Both the position numbers and the translations under genes were made by a program. 64,000 nucleotides of DNA from Cyanophora paradoxa CCMP329 (Eukaryota > Plantae > Glaucophyta): NCBI GenBank assembly GCA_004431415.1, contig QPMI01000434.1:1-64000 (forward strand). Reading direction: 5' to 3'. Under the pieces are notes generated by a model that saw only the letters and a program-made list of their open reading frames with translations, was not told the DNA's origin and ran no database searches. Numbering within the stretch: the first letter of the stretch is position 1; every line of letters starts with the position of its first letter. This document shows positions 36,965 through 48,200 of the stretch, in pieces.

Positions 36965-37803
36965 GGGCAGCGCACACGACGGGGATGTACCCGGCCGGGT
37001 CCTTTGCCTGCTTCGACTTCTTCCAGGCCTGCGAGGGCGGATGTGATGGGGGTGTCGGATAGCAGAGGGGGTACGGCCGCACGGCGACGCCCTCGGACTC
37101 GAGCGCCGCCATTCGCTGCGCGAGCTCCTTGGAGACCTTGACGGCCTTGCGGTACCGCCGCGCCGCGTCCCGCACGTTCGCCCGCTCGAAGCTGCGCCCC
37201 GTGAGGCCGGCCGCGGGGCGGCAGGGGCGCGAGGCCTAGGGGAGGAGCAGGGGCGCACGGGTCGAGGCAGGCGAGGTCGGACGCCTCGAGGGAGGAAATG
37301 AGCTGCCCCAGCTCCGCAGAGGTCTCCTTCTCGTGGCAGACCCCCGCGAGCGCCGCCTTCTGCATGCCGCGCGCCTCCTCCGCGCCCTCCGGCATCTGGG
37401 TCTCCTCCTGCGCGGCCACGATGAGCGCGCTGCGAGGAGTGACCGCGTGCGCGCCCCACTCACGTCCCAAGCCAGCAGCTCTGCGGTCGTGCAGTCCGGT
37501 CGACGTCAGCGTCAAGCAGCACGCGCGGTCAGCGCTCGTTGGCAGCGCACCTTTCACCTGCCCCAGGCGCGCAATCTCCTGGAGCAGCTTGGCCAGGCGG
37601 TCATAAGCCGCCTTGGTTTCGCCGGCGCTGGCGTACTTCGAGGCGGCGACCATGCTTGTTGTTCGCAAGAAGCGTGGAGCTGAAAAGGCGCGCTGGACCG
37701 GCTTGGAGCGGGGCTGTATGCGCGGTACGAACGCGCTGCTTAGGCTGCGTGCAAGAACCGAGCTGCGGCTGCCTCGGACGAATGCAACAGGGCACGCGAA
37801 CAT
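34895..37803 (-). CDS. M32 family metallocarboxypeptidase (carboxypeptidase Taq-like) with N-terminal organelle-targeting-like extension; about 16 introns
   Basis: LLAWDEETQMP, GRLDVSAHP, DVRITTRY, HETGHALYEQG (HEXXH), SMGVHESQSLLWE, IRVEADEVTYPLH, GVLQDIHW, GYFPSYTLG. Confidence 0.95.
36933..36963. repeat. Poly-G/poly-C homopolymer (~31 nt) inside an M32 intron
   Basis: Read directly; similar runs occur near 8199-8218 and 29731-29746. Confidence 0.9.
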
Positions 37804-37852
37804 GCGAGGGTATCGTTGAATACTTCGTTACGCTTGCGCCAGCGAACTTCGA

Positions 37853-39785
37853 ATGGAGCCCGCACAGACTCCGGCGTCGCCGGGCAGTACGGGCACGTTG
37901 CACAGAGTGCCGTCGACGCACGGGCACAAGTCGGACCACGCAGTCCAGGTGTGCCGCGTACGCGACAGCCGCAGTGGCGTCGCTGACGCGCCCGACGCAG
38001 CAAACGAACGACGATGCGGCCATGAGCAAGCTGTGCGTAGATGACGCGGCGCTCGTGCCGCCGGTTCCTCGGCCGCGCGGGCGTGCCTGAGCGCGTCCCG
38101 CGCAGGTCAGCCGTGAAGATGGGCTACGTCCGGGACGATCTAGTGCAGTGCTTTGTCAGGAGAGCGCAGCGGAGGCCGCCGATAATCAACCGCGGTGCGG
38201 CAGCTAAGCGGCGGCTGCTGGCGGTGGCGGCGGGGCCGACGCGGGGGCGCAGGCTACTGGGCGCGGTACGGAGCAGTGACGACGCTGCTGAGGCGGTTCA
38301 TGGCGCTGGGCGGGCCAGGCGTGCGGAAGCAGGTGGTCTCCCTCGGCGCCGGCTTCGACACCACCTTCTTCCACCTGCGGGCGCGCCCCGCCCCGCCCCC
38401 CGCACCCGGCCCCCCGCCCCCCCGAGCGCCCCGCAGAGGCAGAACGCCACGCCCGCCGCCTTTCTCGAGATCGATTTCCCCGAGGCGCGCCGGCCCCGCC
38501 CCGCCCCGCCCCGCCCCGCCCCGCCCCGCCCCGCCCCGCCCCGCCGCGCGGGTGCTGAGCGGCGGGGGCAGGTGTGCGTGAAGAAGAAGGAGGTCATCTC
38601 GCGGCACGAGGAGATGCGCGGGATGCTCGGGCCCGACCCCGCACAGTGCCTCGGCTTCGGTGCGCGCCACCTGCCGCCACCCCGCCGCGTCCTGCCGCGC
38701 CCCTCACGCGAGGAGGCGCAGACGGGGGCGAGATCCACGGGGAGGGTACCACCTCGTGGGGCGGACCTGCGGCACGTCGAGCAGGCGCGTCCGTGCCCCG
38801 CCCCGGCGGCCGGCCCGGGCGGCGGCTCAGGGGCGCGTAGCTCGAGGCGGCGGTCGCCAAGGCGGGCCTCGACGCCGCGTGCGCGCCCGCCCCTCCCGCC
38901 CCCGCCCCGCCCCGCCCCCGCCGCCTCCGAGGCCGGAGCGGGGCCAGGCTGCCGACGCTGGTGCTGGCGGAGTGCGTGCTGGTGTACCTGCCCCCGGCCG
39001 CCAGCGAGGCCGTCCTCGCCTGGGCCGCCCGCAGGCGAGCGCCCCGGCGAGCCAGCGTGTGATCTGTGCGTTGAGCGCGCTTCCCCCGCAGCTTCCGGAC
39101 GGCGGCGTTCGTGGCGTACGAGATGTACAAGCCGAACGACCCCTTCGGGGCCACCATGGTCTCCAACCTCCAGGCCCGCCAGCTCTCGCCCCCCCTCCTC
39201 CCTCTCTCGAGGGCCCGCGCGCGACGCCGGCCGCAGGAGCGCGGCTGCGCGCTGCTCGGCATCGCCGCGTACCCCGACGAGGCCTCTCAGATCGACCGCT
39301 ACCTCCGCAACGGCTGGGCCACCGTGCGCGCCCCGAGGCCGCCGGCGCCGTGGCCGCCGAGAGGGGAGCTGAGTGGTGCCCGCCCGGGGCGCGCAGGGGA
39401 GGCTGGTGGACATGCTGGCGGTGTACGAGGAGTGCCTCGACGTCGACGAGATCCGCAGGCGCGCCCCGCGCCGCGCTCTGCAAGGGCCGAGCGAGCGCCC
39501 TGAGGGGGGCCCCGGCAGGGTGGAGCGCCTGGAGATCTTCGACGAGCTCGAGGAGTGGCGGCTCATGCTCTCCCACTACTTCGTCTCCTGGGCCACCCGC
39601 GTCCGCCCCGCCCTCCAGCGGGGCCGGCAGCGCGGCGCCGGTGACGCCGGCCGCAGGACGAGGCGGGGACGGGCCTCCTGCACGGCTTCGGCTTCGACAT
39701 GCACCCGCCCGTCCATGGCCACCGGCCCCCGGGCCGCCCCGGCCCGGGCCCGGGGGGGCCCGGCCCCGGCCTTCCCGCCGGGTAG
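37853..39785 (+). CDS. LCMT1: Leucine carboxyl methyltransferase 1 (PP2A methyltransferase)
   Basis: AVQQTNDDAAMSKLSAVKMGY, RRPPIINRGYWAR, QVVSLGAGFDT, EIDFP, PTLVLAECVLVYL, DPFGATMVSNL, RLEIFDELEEWRLMLSHY. Confidence 0.95.
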
Positions 39786-40565
39786 GCCCCTGCCAGCGCT
39801 CCCGCCGCCCCCGGCCTCGCTCTTTCCTTTGAAATTCCGGATCCCTGCTGCTGCCTCGCCCCTCCCATCGCCGTTCGCCCTTTTTCGAGTTCTACGATGC
39901 AAAACGAAGCAATCCCGAAGATTGAGATTTTCACGTGACGAGCTTCGGCTTTCGTCACGATCGGGAGTTGCAGCACATGGCCCTCGACACACACCCTCTA
40001 CCCTCCGGACACACACCCTGTAGCCCCAAAAAGCATTGAATCACCGGGCACTCATCTTGCCAAGTTGCCAAATTATTAAATCCGATGATGAAACCGATGA
40101 TCATGAATACCACGGCGTCCTGCGGCGTCATGCATATGCATGTGACAGCATTCCGGGATCCGCAGACCGATCGACCAATTCAAGGCCCTGGCGCACCGTG
40201 GCACACCGAATCCCATTGCAAAGCTCAGCTCATCATGGCATGATCAGCCACGTGACAGCCGCAACGCAAGGGGCGGGGGAGCCTCGGGAGAGCCTTCAGC
40301 CTATTTGATGCTCAGCGGCCGCGGCTCTCGAGTTCGATGAATCGAATCATCGGAATCTGAGAGGCCTTCCGATGAATCTGAGAGGCCGGGCCTCAGGGCC
40401 TGAAGCCTTGAAGGGCACCAGTACGACGGGCACTCGAAGACCGCGAGGCAGACACTTCGAACCGATTAGCCGTGGCTTCCGAATTCAAGTACTCTGACAC
40501 AAGGGTCAAAGAATGCGCGGATTGCATTGCCCGGATCAGCTGCTGGAAGCAGGGCAAGAGAGAGG

Positions 40566-43500
40566 CTATCGTAGCAGGAGCGGGGGGGAGGCGAGAGCGG
40601 AGGCGCTGGCGCGGCGGCGGAGGGGCGCCGGCGCGGCGAAGGGGGCCCCGGGCCCCGCCGGCGTGCCTGCGCGGGGGCGGTGAGACAGCGCCCCGTGTTG
40701 CGGGGGCCGGGTGCGAGGCGGCGGACCCTGGTAGTGGTAGGCGATGGCGGCGAGCTGCTCGTGGCGCTCCGCCCCGGGCGCGTCTTGGCCGCCGAGAGGG
40801 GCCGCACCTTGCCGCCCGCATGAGCCCCAGCGTCGCTGGGGCCCGCCCGGCTCGGGGTGGTGGCGCGGCGGGCGGCGAGGGCGCCCAGCTGGTGGGCGAG
40901 CCAGGCCGCCCCGGGACCGCTCGGAGCGCGGCTTTCAGCGTCGCCACGGCCGCCGCGAGCGTCGGCGGGCCCGAGGGGCCCCCTGCGCGGGGCCGTAGAA
41001 GCCGCCGCCGAGGGCCGGCGCGGAGACGCGGCGGAGGGGCACGGAGGTGGCGGTCGCTGCGACGGTGGCCGGCGGGGCGGCGGGGATGGCTGCGGGGTCG
41101 GCCGTCACCTGCCGCAGCCCCGAGCGGGAGCCCGAGTGCGCGAGCCCGGGGGCGCCCGAGGCGGGGCCGGGGGAGGCGGGGACGGAGGAAGGCGGGGAGG
41201 GGTGCTGCTCGGGGCCTGGGGCCGCAGCCGGGGCCAGGACAGCGGCGGGGCCGGGAGGCGCCGAGCACGAAGGAGGAGCCGCGGGAGAGGCTGCGGCGCG
41301 GCCGGCCGACGACGGCCGCTGCGAGGCCGCCGACGAGGGCGCGGGCGGCGGCGGGGCGAGGCCGGGCGCCCCTCGGGCTCGCCGGCTGCGGTGGGGTAGT
41401 GGAGGTCGGCGAGGGAGCCGGCGGGGGTGGACCGGCGGCGCTCGAGGAGGCGCTGGAGGGCGGGCGGGGCGTGCGCCTCCCGCGCCGCGCCGCCCTCTGG
41501 GAAGTCGGGGTGGAGGGCGGTGGCCCGCAGGGGCGTGAACGCGCCCCGCGCGAGCTGCACGACGTGCGCCGCGTGCCGCAGCCGGTGCGCCCCGTGCGGG
41601 CCCTCCCCGCCCCGCAGCGCCGGCGCCGACGCCGGCCGCCCCAGCGCCGCCGGCGGCGCGAGGCGGGCCGGCTCGGCCCCCCGCCGGGAGCGGCAGGGGC
41701 CCGGCGGCGCTGGCGAGGGGTACGGGGGCGGGGCACGGCCGGCGAGGGCCGCCCCGCCGCCCCCGGCGTCGCCGGCCCCGCGAAGGCGGCGAGCGACGCC
41801 TCCCGCTCCAGCGCCGACCCCGAGCCCTGCCCCGCCCCCGCCCCGCCTCAGCTCAGCCGCTCGGCCCCGCGCGGGCGGGCGGAGCGGGGCGGCGGCGCAC
41901 CGGTCGGGCGGGCCTGGGCGGGAGTCCGGGGCGGGGCGCGTGCTCTGCGCCGAGCCGGGCGGCTGCTACCTGCGCTGCCGACGCGGCTGGACGCCTGCCT
42001 CGGGCCGACGCCGCCGGCCCGGGCCGCCTGCTGCTGCTCCTCGTCGCGCCCGCTCTGGGCGCCCTCGGAGCCGGAGCCCCAGCCCGACGCCGAGGGGCCC
42101 AGCGGGAGCCCGTCGACGGGCCCCGCCGAAGCCCTGCCCGCCGGGCTGGCGCGGCCCGTGGGGCTCGCGCGGCCGGCCGCGCTGGACCGGCCCGAGGCCG
42201 GCTGCGGCCCGCCGGGGGCGTCGCGCGGCCCGAGGCCGCCTCCGAGAGGGCCCCCGACGCCGGCGCCTCCTGTCGGCGCGAGCACGGCGGCCGTCAGCGG
42301 GCGCCGGCAGCAAACCGAAGCAGCGGGGGCGGCTGGAGCGGGCGCACGGGCCCCGCCACGGTGATGAGGGGCGTCTGCCCCTGTCCCTGCAGCTGCCCCC
42401 GCTCCGAGCTCCGCACGCTCGCGCTCTCCGCGTCACTCGCGGCGCCGGCCTCGCCGGGCGGCTCCTTGCCGCCCGCCACGCAGTTCCGCACCTGCCGCAG
42501 CGCGTCAGCTCAGCGCCCCGCTCCCGTCCCTCCCCCGCGTCAGCGATGGCGCGCCTTGCCGACCATGCCCGGGGCCGGGGCCGGGGCCGGGGCCGGGGCC
42601 GGGGCCGGGAGGGCGGGGTCAGGGGAGGGGGATGGGGAGGAGAAGGAGGGGCCGGAGGCGGGGGCCGGGGAAGTGCGGCGGCCCCACTGCGCCTGGTCCT
42701 TCTGGAGCGACTCGACGAGGCTCTCGCTGGTGACCACCTGCGGCCCGCTCGGCTTCGGCGCCCGCCCCAGCAGCTCGTCCAGCGTCTGAGCCCCGTCTGA
42801 GCCTCTTCCAGGGGGAGGGGAGGGGGGAGGAAAGGCTCCAGAACTCGCCATGGGCCTTCGGGGCTCCGGTGCGGCGGCCGGCTCCTCCTTCTCGCCGCGG
42901 GCGGCCTGCGGAGGGGCGGCCTCAGAGCGGGGCGGGGCCTGGGGAGGCGCTCTCCCGGGCGCACGCGCTCGGCGGCCTCGCGGGCGCGCTGCTGGGCGAG
43001 CGTCTCGATCTTCTCCCCGGCCTTGAGCGCCGAAGGGACCGCCCAGGCCGCCTTGATGCGCTCCCCCCCGAAGCCCTCCTCGGCGGTCTTGGCCTTGCCG
43101 AGCGCGGCGGCGGTGGCGGTGCCGGGGGGTAGGCCCATGGCGGCGCCCTTGCGGAGGCGCTCCTCGGCGAGGCGGACGTCGATCTGCTCGAGGGCGGCCC
43201 GTCGCGCCGCCGCCCGCTCCATCTCCTCGATCTCGCGCTGCCGCCGCAGGATGTCCCCGATGATCGCGTCCGCCTGCGCCCCCCGCTCCCGCTCCGCCCG
43301 CGTCACCGCCTCCTCGTCCACCGGCGCCGCCGCGGGGGGGGCCTCCGCGGGGGCCGCCTCGGGCTCGGGGGCCGCCTCGGGGGCCGGGGCGGCCTCCTCC
43401 TCCTCGGGGGCCCTGGCGACCTTCATGGACTTGCGGGAGGCCGCCATCGAGCTGAACGCCGCCTGCCGCCCGCAGCTCAGCGCCCGCCCCGCATCCAGGC

Positions 43501-45241
43501 CAGAGGAGGGGGACGGGGGCGCGCCCGGAGGCCGGCGAGGCGGCGCAGGGTGCCCCCCGTGAACTTCTGCGACCGCTGCCGCTCCCGCTCTGCCCGCCCG
43601 CCCCCTCAGGCCCGCCCCGCCCCGCCCCGCCCCGCGCGCTGGGACGCGCCCTCGAGCCCCCAGGCGCGGCGGCGGGTGTTGTCGATCTCGGAGAGCTTGA
43701 GCTGCACGGAGAGGTAGACCTCGAGATGGCTCGACGCCTGCCGCAACGGTGAGGGCCAGCACGCGCGGGAGGGGGCGAGGGGGGCGGGCCTGGGTGTAGC
43801 AGGGGGGGTCCTCCGGCTGGGGCACCCCGAGGAGCTTCCAGAGCCTGCGGGGCAGGGCCAGCCCGGGATCGCTCGCAGGCTCTCTCTCACGCCAAGGCGC
43901 GCAACGCAGGGCGCTGGGACCTGCCTACAAATGCGGTAAACGGCGGCGGCGGCGCGGCGGGCGGGGTCGTCGGGTGCGAGTGCGGCCTCCAGCGTGTGCC
44001 GGTAGAGTTGATTTCCCCCGAAGCGGAGCCCCGCCTCGTCGGCGGCCCCCAGCAGCAGCTCCGTCACGCGGAAGGCGATCGCGTTGAACCCGTCCCACGT
44101 CTCCTCGTCCACCGCTGAGCGAGGGCGTCGGGAGGGCGCGAGGGAGGGGGAGGGGTGTCCGCCGCAGGCGCACAGCACTCTTCGACGACGCGCGTGAGCG
44201 CTGCGCGCGCCGTCGACCCGCGTGAGCGCTACGCGCGCGCGCGGCCGAGGTGGGCCCGCGCGCACCCTCGAGGAAGAAGTACCAGGAGAGGGGCTCGTTC
44301 GAGGGCATCGCCAGGCTGCAGGCCGCCGGCCGCGTCACGGATCGCAGGGCGAGCGGCAGGGCGAGGGGGGCCGGAGAGGGCGCCTGATTGCGGCGCGGCG
44401 GCACTCGCGCTCGAGCTCCGCCACGTACTTCTTCAGGCGCCGCTCCACCACCGCCCCCGGCCCGTCCCTTCCCAGGCGGAGCGCTCGATGGGCGGAGGCG
44501 AGGGGGGAAGGGGCGGCACCTCTCGCGCGGCTTCTTATCCGCCGTGGCCGCGCCGGCGGAGGACGGGCCCGCCGCCTCCTGCGCGCGCGGGGCGTCAGAG
44601 CAGCAGAGAAAGAAGGGTGCGGGCGGGCCTCCTTCCCCTTGGCGCCCTCCCCCTCCCCCTCCTCCTCGTCGCTCTCGTCGCCCTTGGTGCGGCGCCGGCG
44701 GCCGCGGCGCGAGGGCGAGGAGGCCGCAGCCTTCTCGGGGGTGCCGGGGGCCTCCCCGCCCCCGGCCACGCTTCCGGCCCCGGGCTCGTCGCCCTGGCCG
44801 GGCTCCTCGGCGAAGCGGGCGGTGCGGGCGGTGCGGGCGGTGGTGGCCGTGGAGCGCGCCGTCGAGTCCCCGTCCTGCATCGCCCTCTTCAGCGCCGCCG
44901 CCGCCGCCTTGAAGCCCCCCGCGAAGCTCACGCCCCGCCGCTCCGTCCCCGCCCCCGCCTCCGCCTTCCCAGCGGCTGCCGCAGCAGCCGCCGCTGCCGC
45001 CGCCGCAGCCATGGCCGGCGTCGGGGACGGCGGCTCTTTCGGAGTCACCGGTTCTGGCTTGTCCAGCATTTGCAGGGCCAAGGGCCCGTACGCGTCCTTG
45101 TAGGGGACGCCTGCGGGGGAGTGAGCAAGGACGAGGCGGATCGCCGAGAGCGAGCGCACCCACTGAGGCTCTCCAGGCTCCGAGCATCGTCGTACCGAGC
45201 GCCGCCGCTTCCACCGGCGCCAGGGTTGTTGTTGGGAGCAT
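40566..45241 (-). CDS. Unknown protein A: unrecognised ~130-aa helical domain, coiled-coil-like region and long low-complexity C-terminus; 3' end approximate
   Basis: Splices consistently from MLPTTTLAP...GVPYKDAYGPLAL. The domain at 43651-44290 is homologous to the neighbouring plus-strand gene. Confidence 0.7.
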
Positions 45242-45286
45242 TGATCTAGCTCCTCCGAGTTACAGATCACTGTCTAAACGGAAAGC

Positions 45287-48200
45287 ATGCTCGAGCAAAG
45301 CCTAGGCGTGCTGGAGCCACGCGCTGGCTCTGCGTCTGAGTAACTCTCGGAGACAGAGCGCGTACAGCCTCACTGCGCACGACCCACGACTCCCACCGCC
45401 CTGAATGCGCGTGCGCAGCTGCAGGAGCCCTTGAGCTCTGCCCCGCCTTCAGCTACTGGTGCCGTTCTAAGAGCGACAGCTGGCCAAATGTGTTGCGAAC
45501 TGGCCCGGCTAGCAGCGGCGCAGGAAGCAGCGAGCACTGCAGTCCCCCCAAGCGTCGGAAAGGTTTGTAGCTAAGCCAACCGAGTCATCAGGAGCGTCTG
45601 GCCGTGCCCCACTATGGAGCGCCGTTGCATCCTGTATTAGCTGAGCCTCCACATCTACAGCGTATCGTACAGCGTGCCGCACACACGCAGCGCCTAACGA
45701 GCGTCAACTGGGCCCGCAAGACGAGGGCCGCGCGTTCAGCATGAGCTCCGTTCGCTCTACATCGCGGACGGCGCAGGCGTCGCCCGTACGCCCCCGCGCC
45801 GCGTCGTGCCGCACACCCCCTCGCCCCCCGCCTCCGAGTAAGTGACCGGCGGCCGCGCAGGAGAGCTCGCAGCGCGACGCGCCCTCCGTGCGCCTCAGAG
45901 CGGCCGTGGCAGAGGCTTCGCGCAAGGGCAGCACAGGCTCCCAGCACAGCGGCGTGCGCCCCCGCCCGCTCCGCGCCCGCGGCGCACCGCAAGGGGCCCA
46001 GCGGGGCGCAGGGGAAGAGCGGGCCGGGGGCGAGCGCGCCGCTGGAGCTGCCCCCCGGGATCGACCCGGACGCGTTCATCGTCGACCAGGTGAGGCTCTA
46101 GATCTGCTGAGGCCTCGCGGCGCGGGCCGGAGTGCGAGGCTTCCTTCGCAGGTGCTCGACGCGTTCCTGCAGCCCCTCGAGGCGCGCAGCCTGCAGGCCT
46201 CCCTCGAGTGCGCCCGCCCCGCCCCTTCCCCTCCCCCGCCCTCACCCGGCGCAGCGCGGGGCTGCCGGCGGCGGCGCGCGTGGACTGGCTGACCTTCATC
46301 GACGGCGTCGCGTGGCTGGCCGAGGAGCTCTCCCTCGAGGCCGCCACCTGGGGCGCCTTCGCCCTCCTCTCCTACCGCGTCCGCCCCTCCCTCTGGATTT
46401 GACCCGGATCGAATCTGATGCGATGCGGCAGATCTTCGAGCGGCTCGGGGAGGCGGTGCGGGCCGGGGAGCTCCCGATCGGGCAGCACGCGCTCTACGGC
46501 CACGCACTCGCCGCCGCCCTCCGCGCCGACCCGGGCGCCCGCCTCGTGCGCCCGCCTCGAACTCGAGTTCGACTCGAATTCGAGTTCGACCCGAAATCGA
46601 TGCGCGCGCAGTGCGCGCTGCGGATCTACCGCGCTTGCCGCCTCTGGGCGCTCCTCGGCTGCCGGCCCCCCGGCCTCGGCGCCGGCGTCCGTGCGCGCTA
46701 GTCCCCCCTTCTCTCGCCCTTGCGGCTCGCCGAGGCGGGCGCTCGCAGTGCGGACGATGGCGAGCAGCGAGCTGGAGGTGTACCACTACCTGCTGCACCG
46801 CGGGGCGGAGGCCGACGCCGCCCGCCGCCGCGACTGGGCCCTCGAGGAGCAGCGCCGCGGCGAGGCCTGGCGAGCCCGCACTCGCGCCCTCCGCGCCGCC
46901 CTCGCCCCCCGCCTGCGCCAGCTCGCCCCGCTCCTGCAGGAGCGCGCGGCGCGGGCGCCGGCCCCGCACGAGCTGGAGGCCCCCGAGGCGCGGCCCGGCG
47001 CGTCGCCTGCTTCTGCTGAGCGGGGCCTGAGGGGCGGGGCAGGGGCGGGCGGGGCGGGTCGGGAAGGGGCGCGGGGGCGGCCCGGGCCCTCGCCGCGCGC
47101 GTCGCCCTCGCCGTGCGCCCCCCCCCCCCCCCGGTCGTTCCTCTCGTCACCTCAACTCCGCCTCTTCGCCGAGCTCTCCCCTAGATTCAAGGCCTTCAGC
47201 TCCTCCACGTTTCTCCGAGCCTCTGACCAGGCTGAGCTGTCGTGCGCAGGCGGAGCTGGCGCGGCAGCAGAGGGCGGTGGCGGAGCGGGCGGAGGCAGCG
47301 GCGGCGGCGGAGGCCGAGCGGCGGCGCCGGGAGGCGGCGGAGGAGGCGGCCGCCGTAGCCGAGCTCCTCGCCGCGGGCGCGGCCCCGGCGCCCTCCCCGA
47401 GCCCCGGCGGCAGGCGGCGGGGCGCGACGGAAGGCGGCGCCCGCGCGGGCGGCGCGGGCGGCGCGGATGGCGCGGGCGGCGCGGGCGGCGCGGGCGGCGC
47501 GGGCGGCGCGGGCGGCGCGGGCGGCGCCAACGGGGCGGGGGCGGAGAGCGGGTCCGGGCGGGAAGCCGACCGGCTTCCGGGGACAGGACCGGGGCGGCTA
47601 GCCGGCCTGCCTCCGGGAGTGGGGCGGCCACGGCGAGCCGGCCGGCCTTGGGGCAAACCGGTAGCGCGGCGAGCCCGCCGGCGTCAGGGCGTGCTGCAGG
47701 CGGGGCGGCAAGTCCTCCCGCCTCGGCGGGAAAGACCGGCGCGGCGAGCCCGCCGCCATCCGCGGGAAGGGCGGGCGCAAGCGCGGGCGCTGGCGCGGCG
47801 GCGGCGCCCCCGGCGCAGGCCGGATCTGCTTCGAGCGTCCCGGTCCCTGCAGCTGCAGCCGGCGCGGCGGGGCCTGCCGCCGCCAGTGCCTCGGCGGGGC
47901 CTTCGAAACCTGGCGCCGCGCCGGCCGCCGCCGGCGCCGCGCGCGCCCTGCCAGGCGCGGGTCGTCTGGCGCCGGCGACGCGGGGGCCGGCGCAGCGGCT
48001 GGGAGGGGCGCCGGGGCCGCCGCCATGGCCCTCGCTGCCGCCGCCGTTGGAGACTCCTTAAAGGTAGCGTAACCTCAGCACTTCTCCCTCCTCCCGTCCA
48101 AGGCCGACGGAGCGCGGCGCGCAGGCGTTCGAGGGGCTGTCGAAGCGGGCGGCGGCGCCGGTACCCCCCGCCCCACAGGTCTTCTCCGTCGGGACGTTCG

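Noticed and set aside
21106-37803. Bacterial contamination or operon suggested by the trp and M32 genes
   Set aside because: Both genes are interrupted by many spliceosomal-type introns and are flanked by core eukaryotic genes.
22100-38545. (CCCCG)n tracts in many introns as an Introner/transposon family or CRISPR-like repeats
   Set aside because: Similarity is limited to low-complexity pentamers; intron bodies are not otherwise alike and there is no repeat-spacer periodicity.
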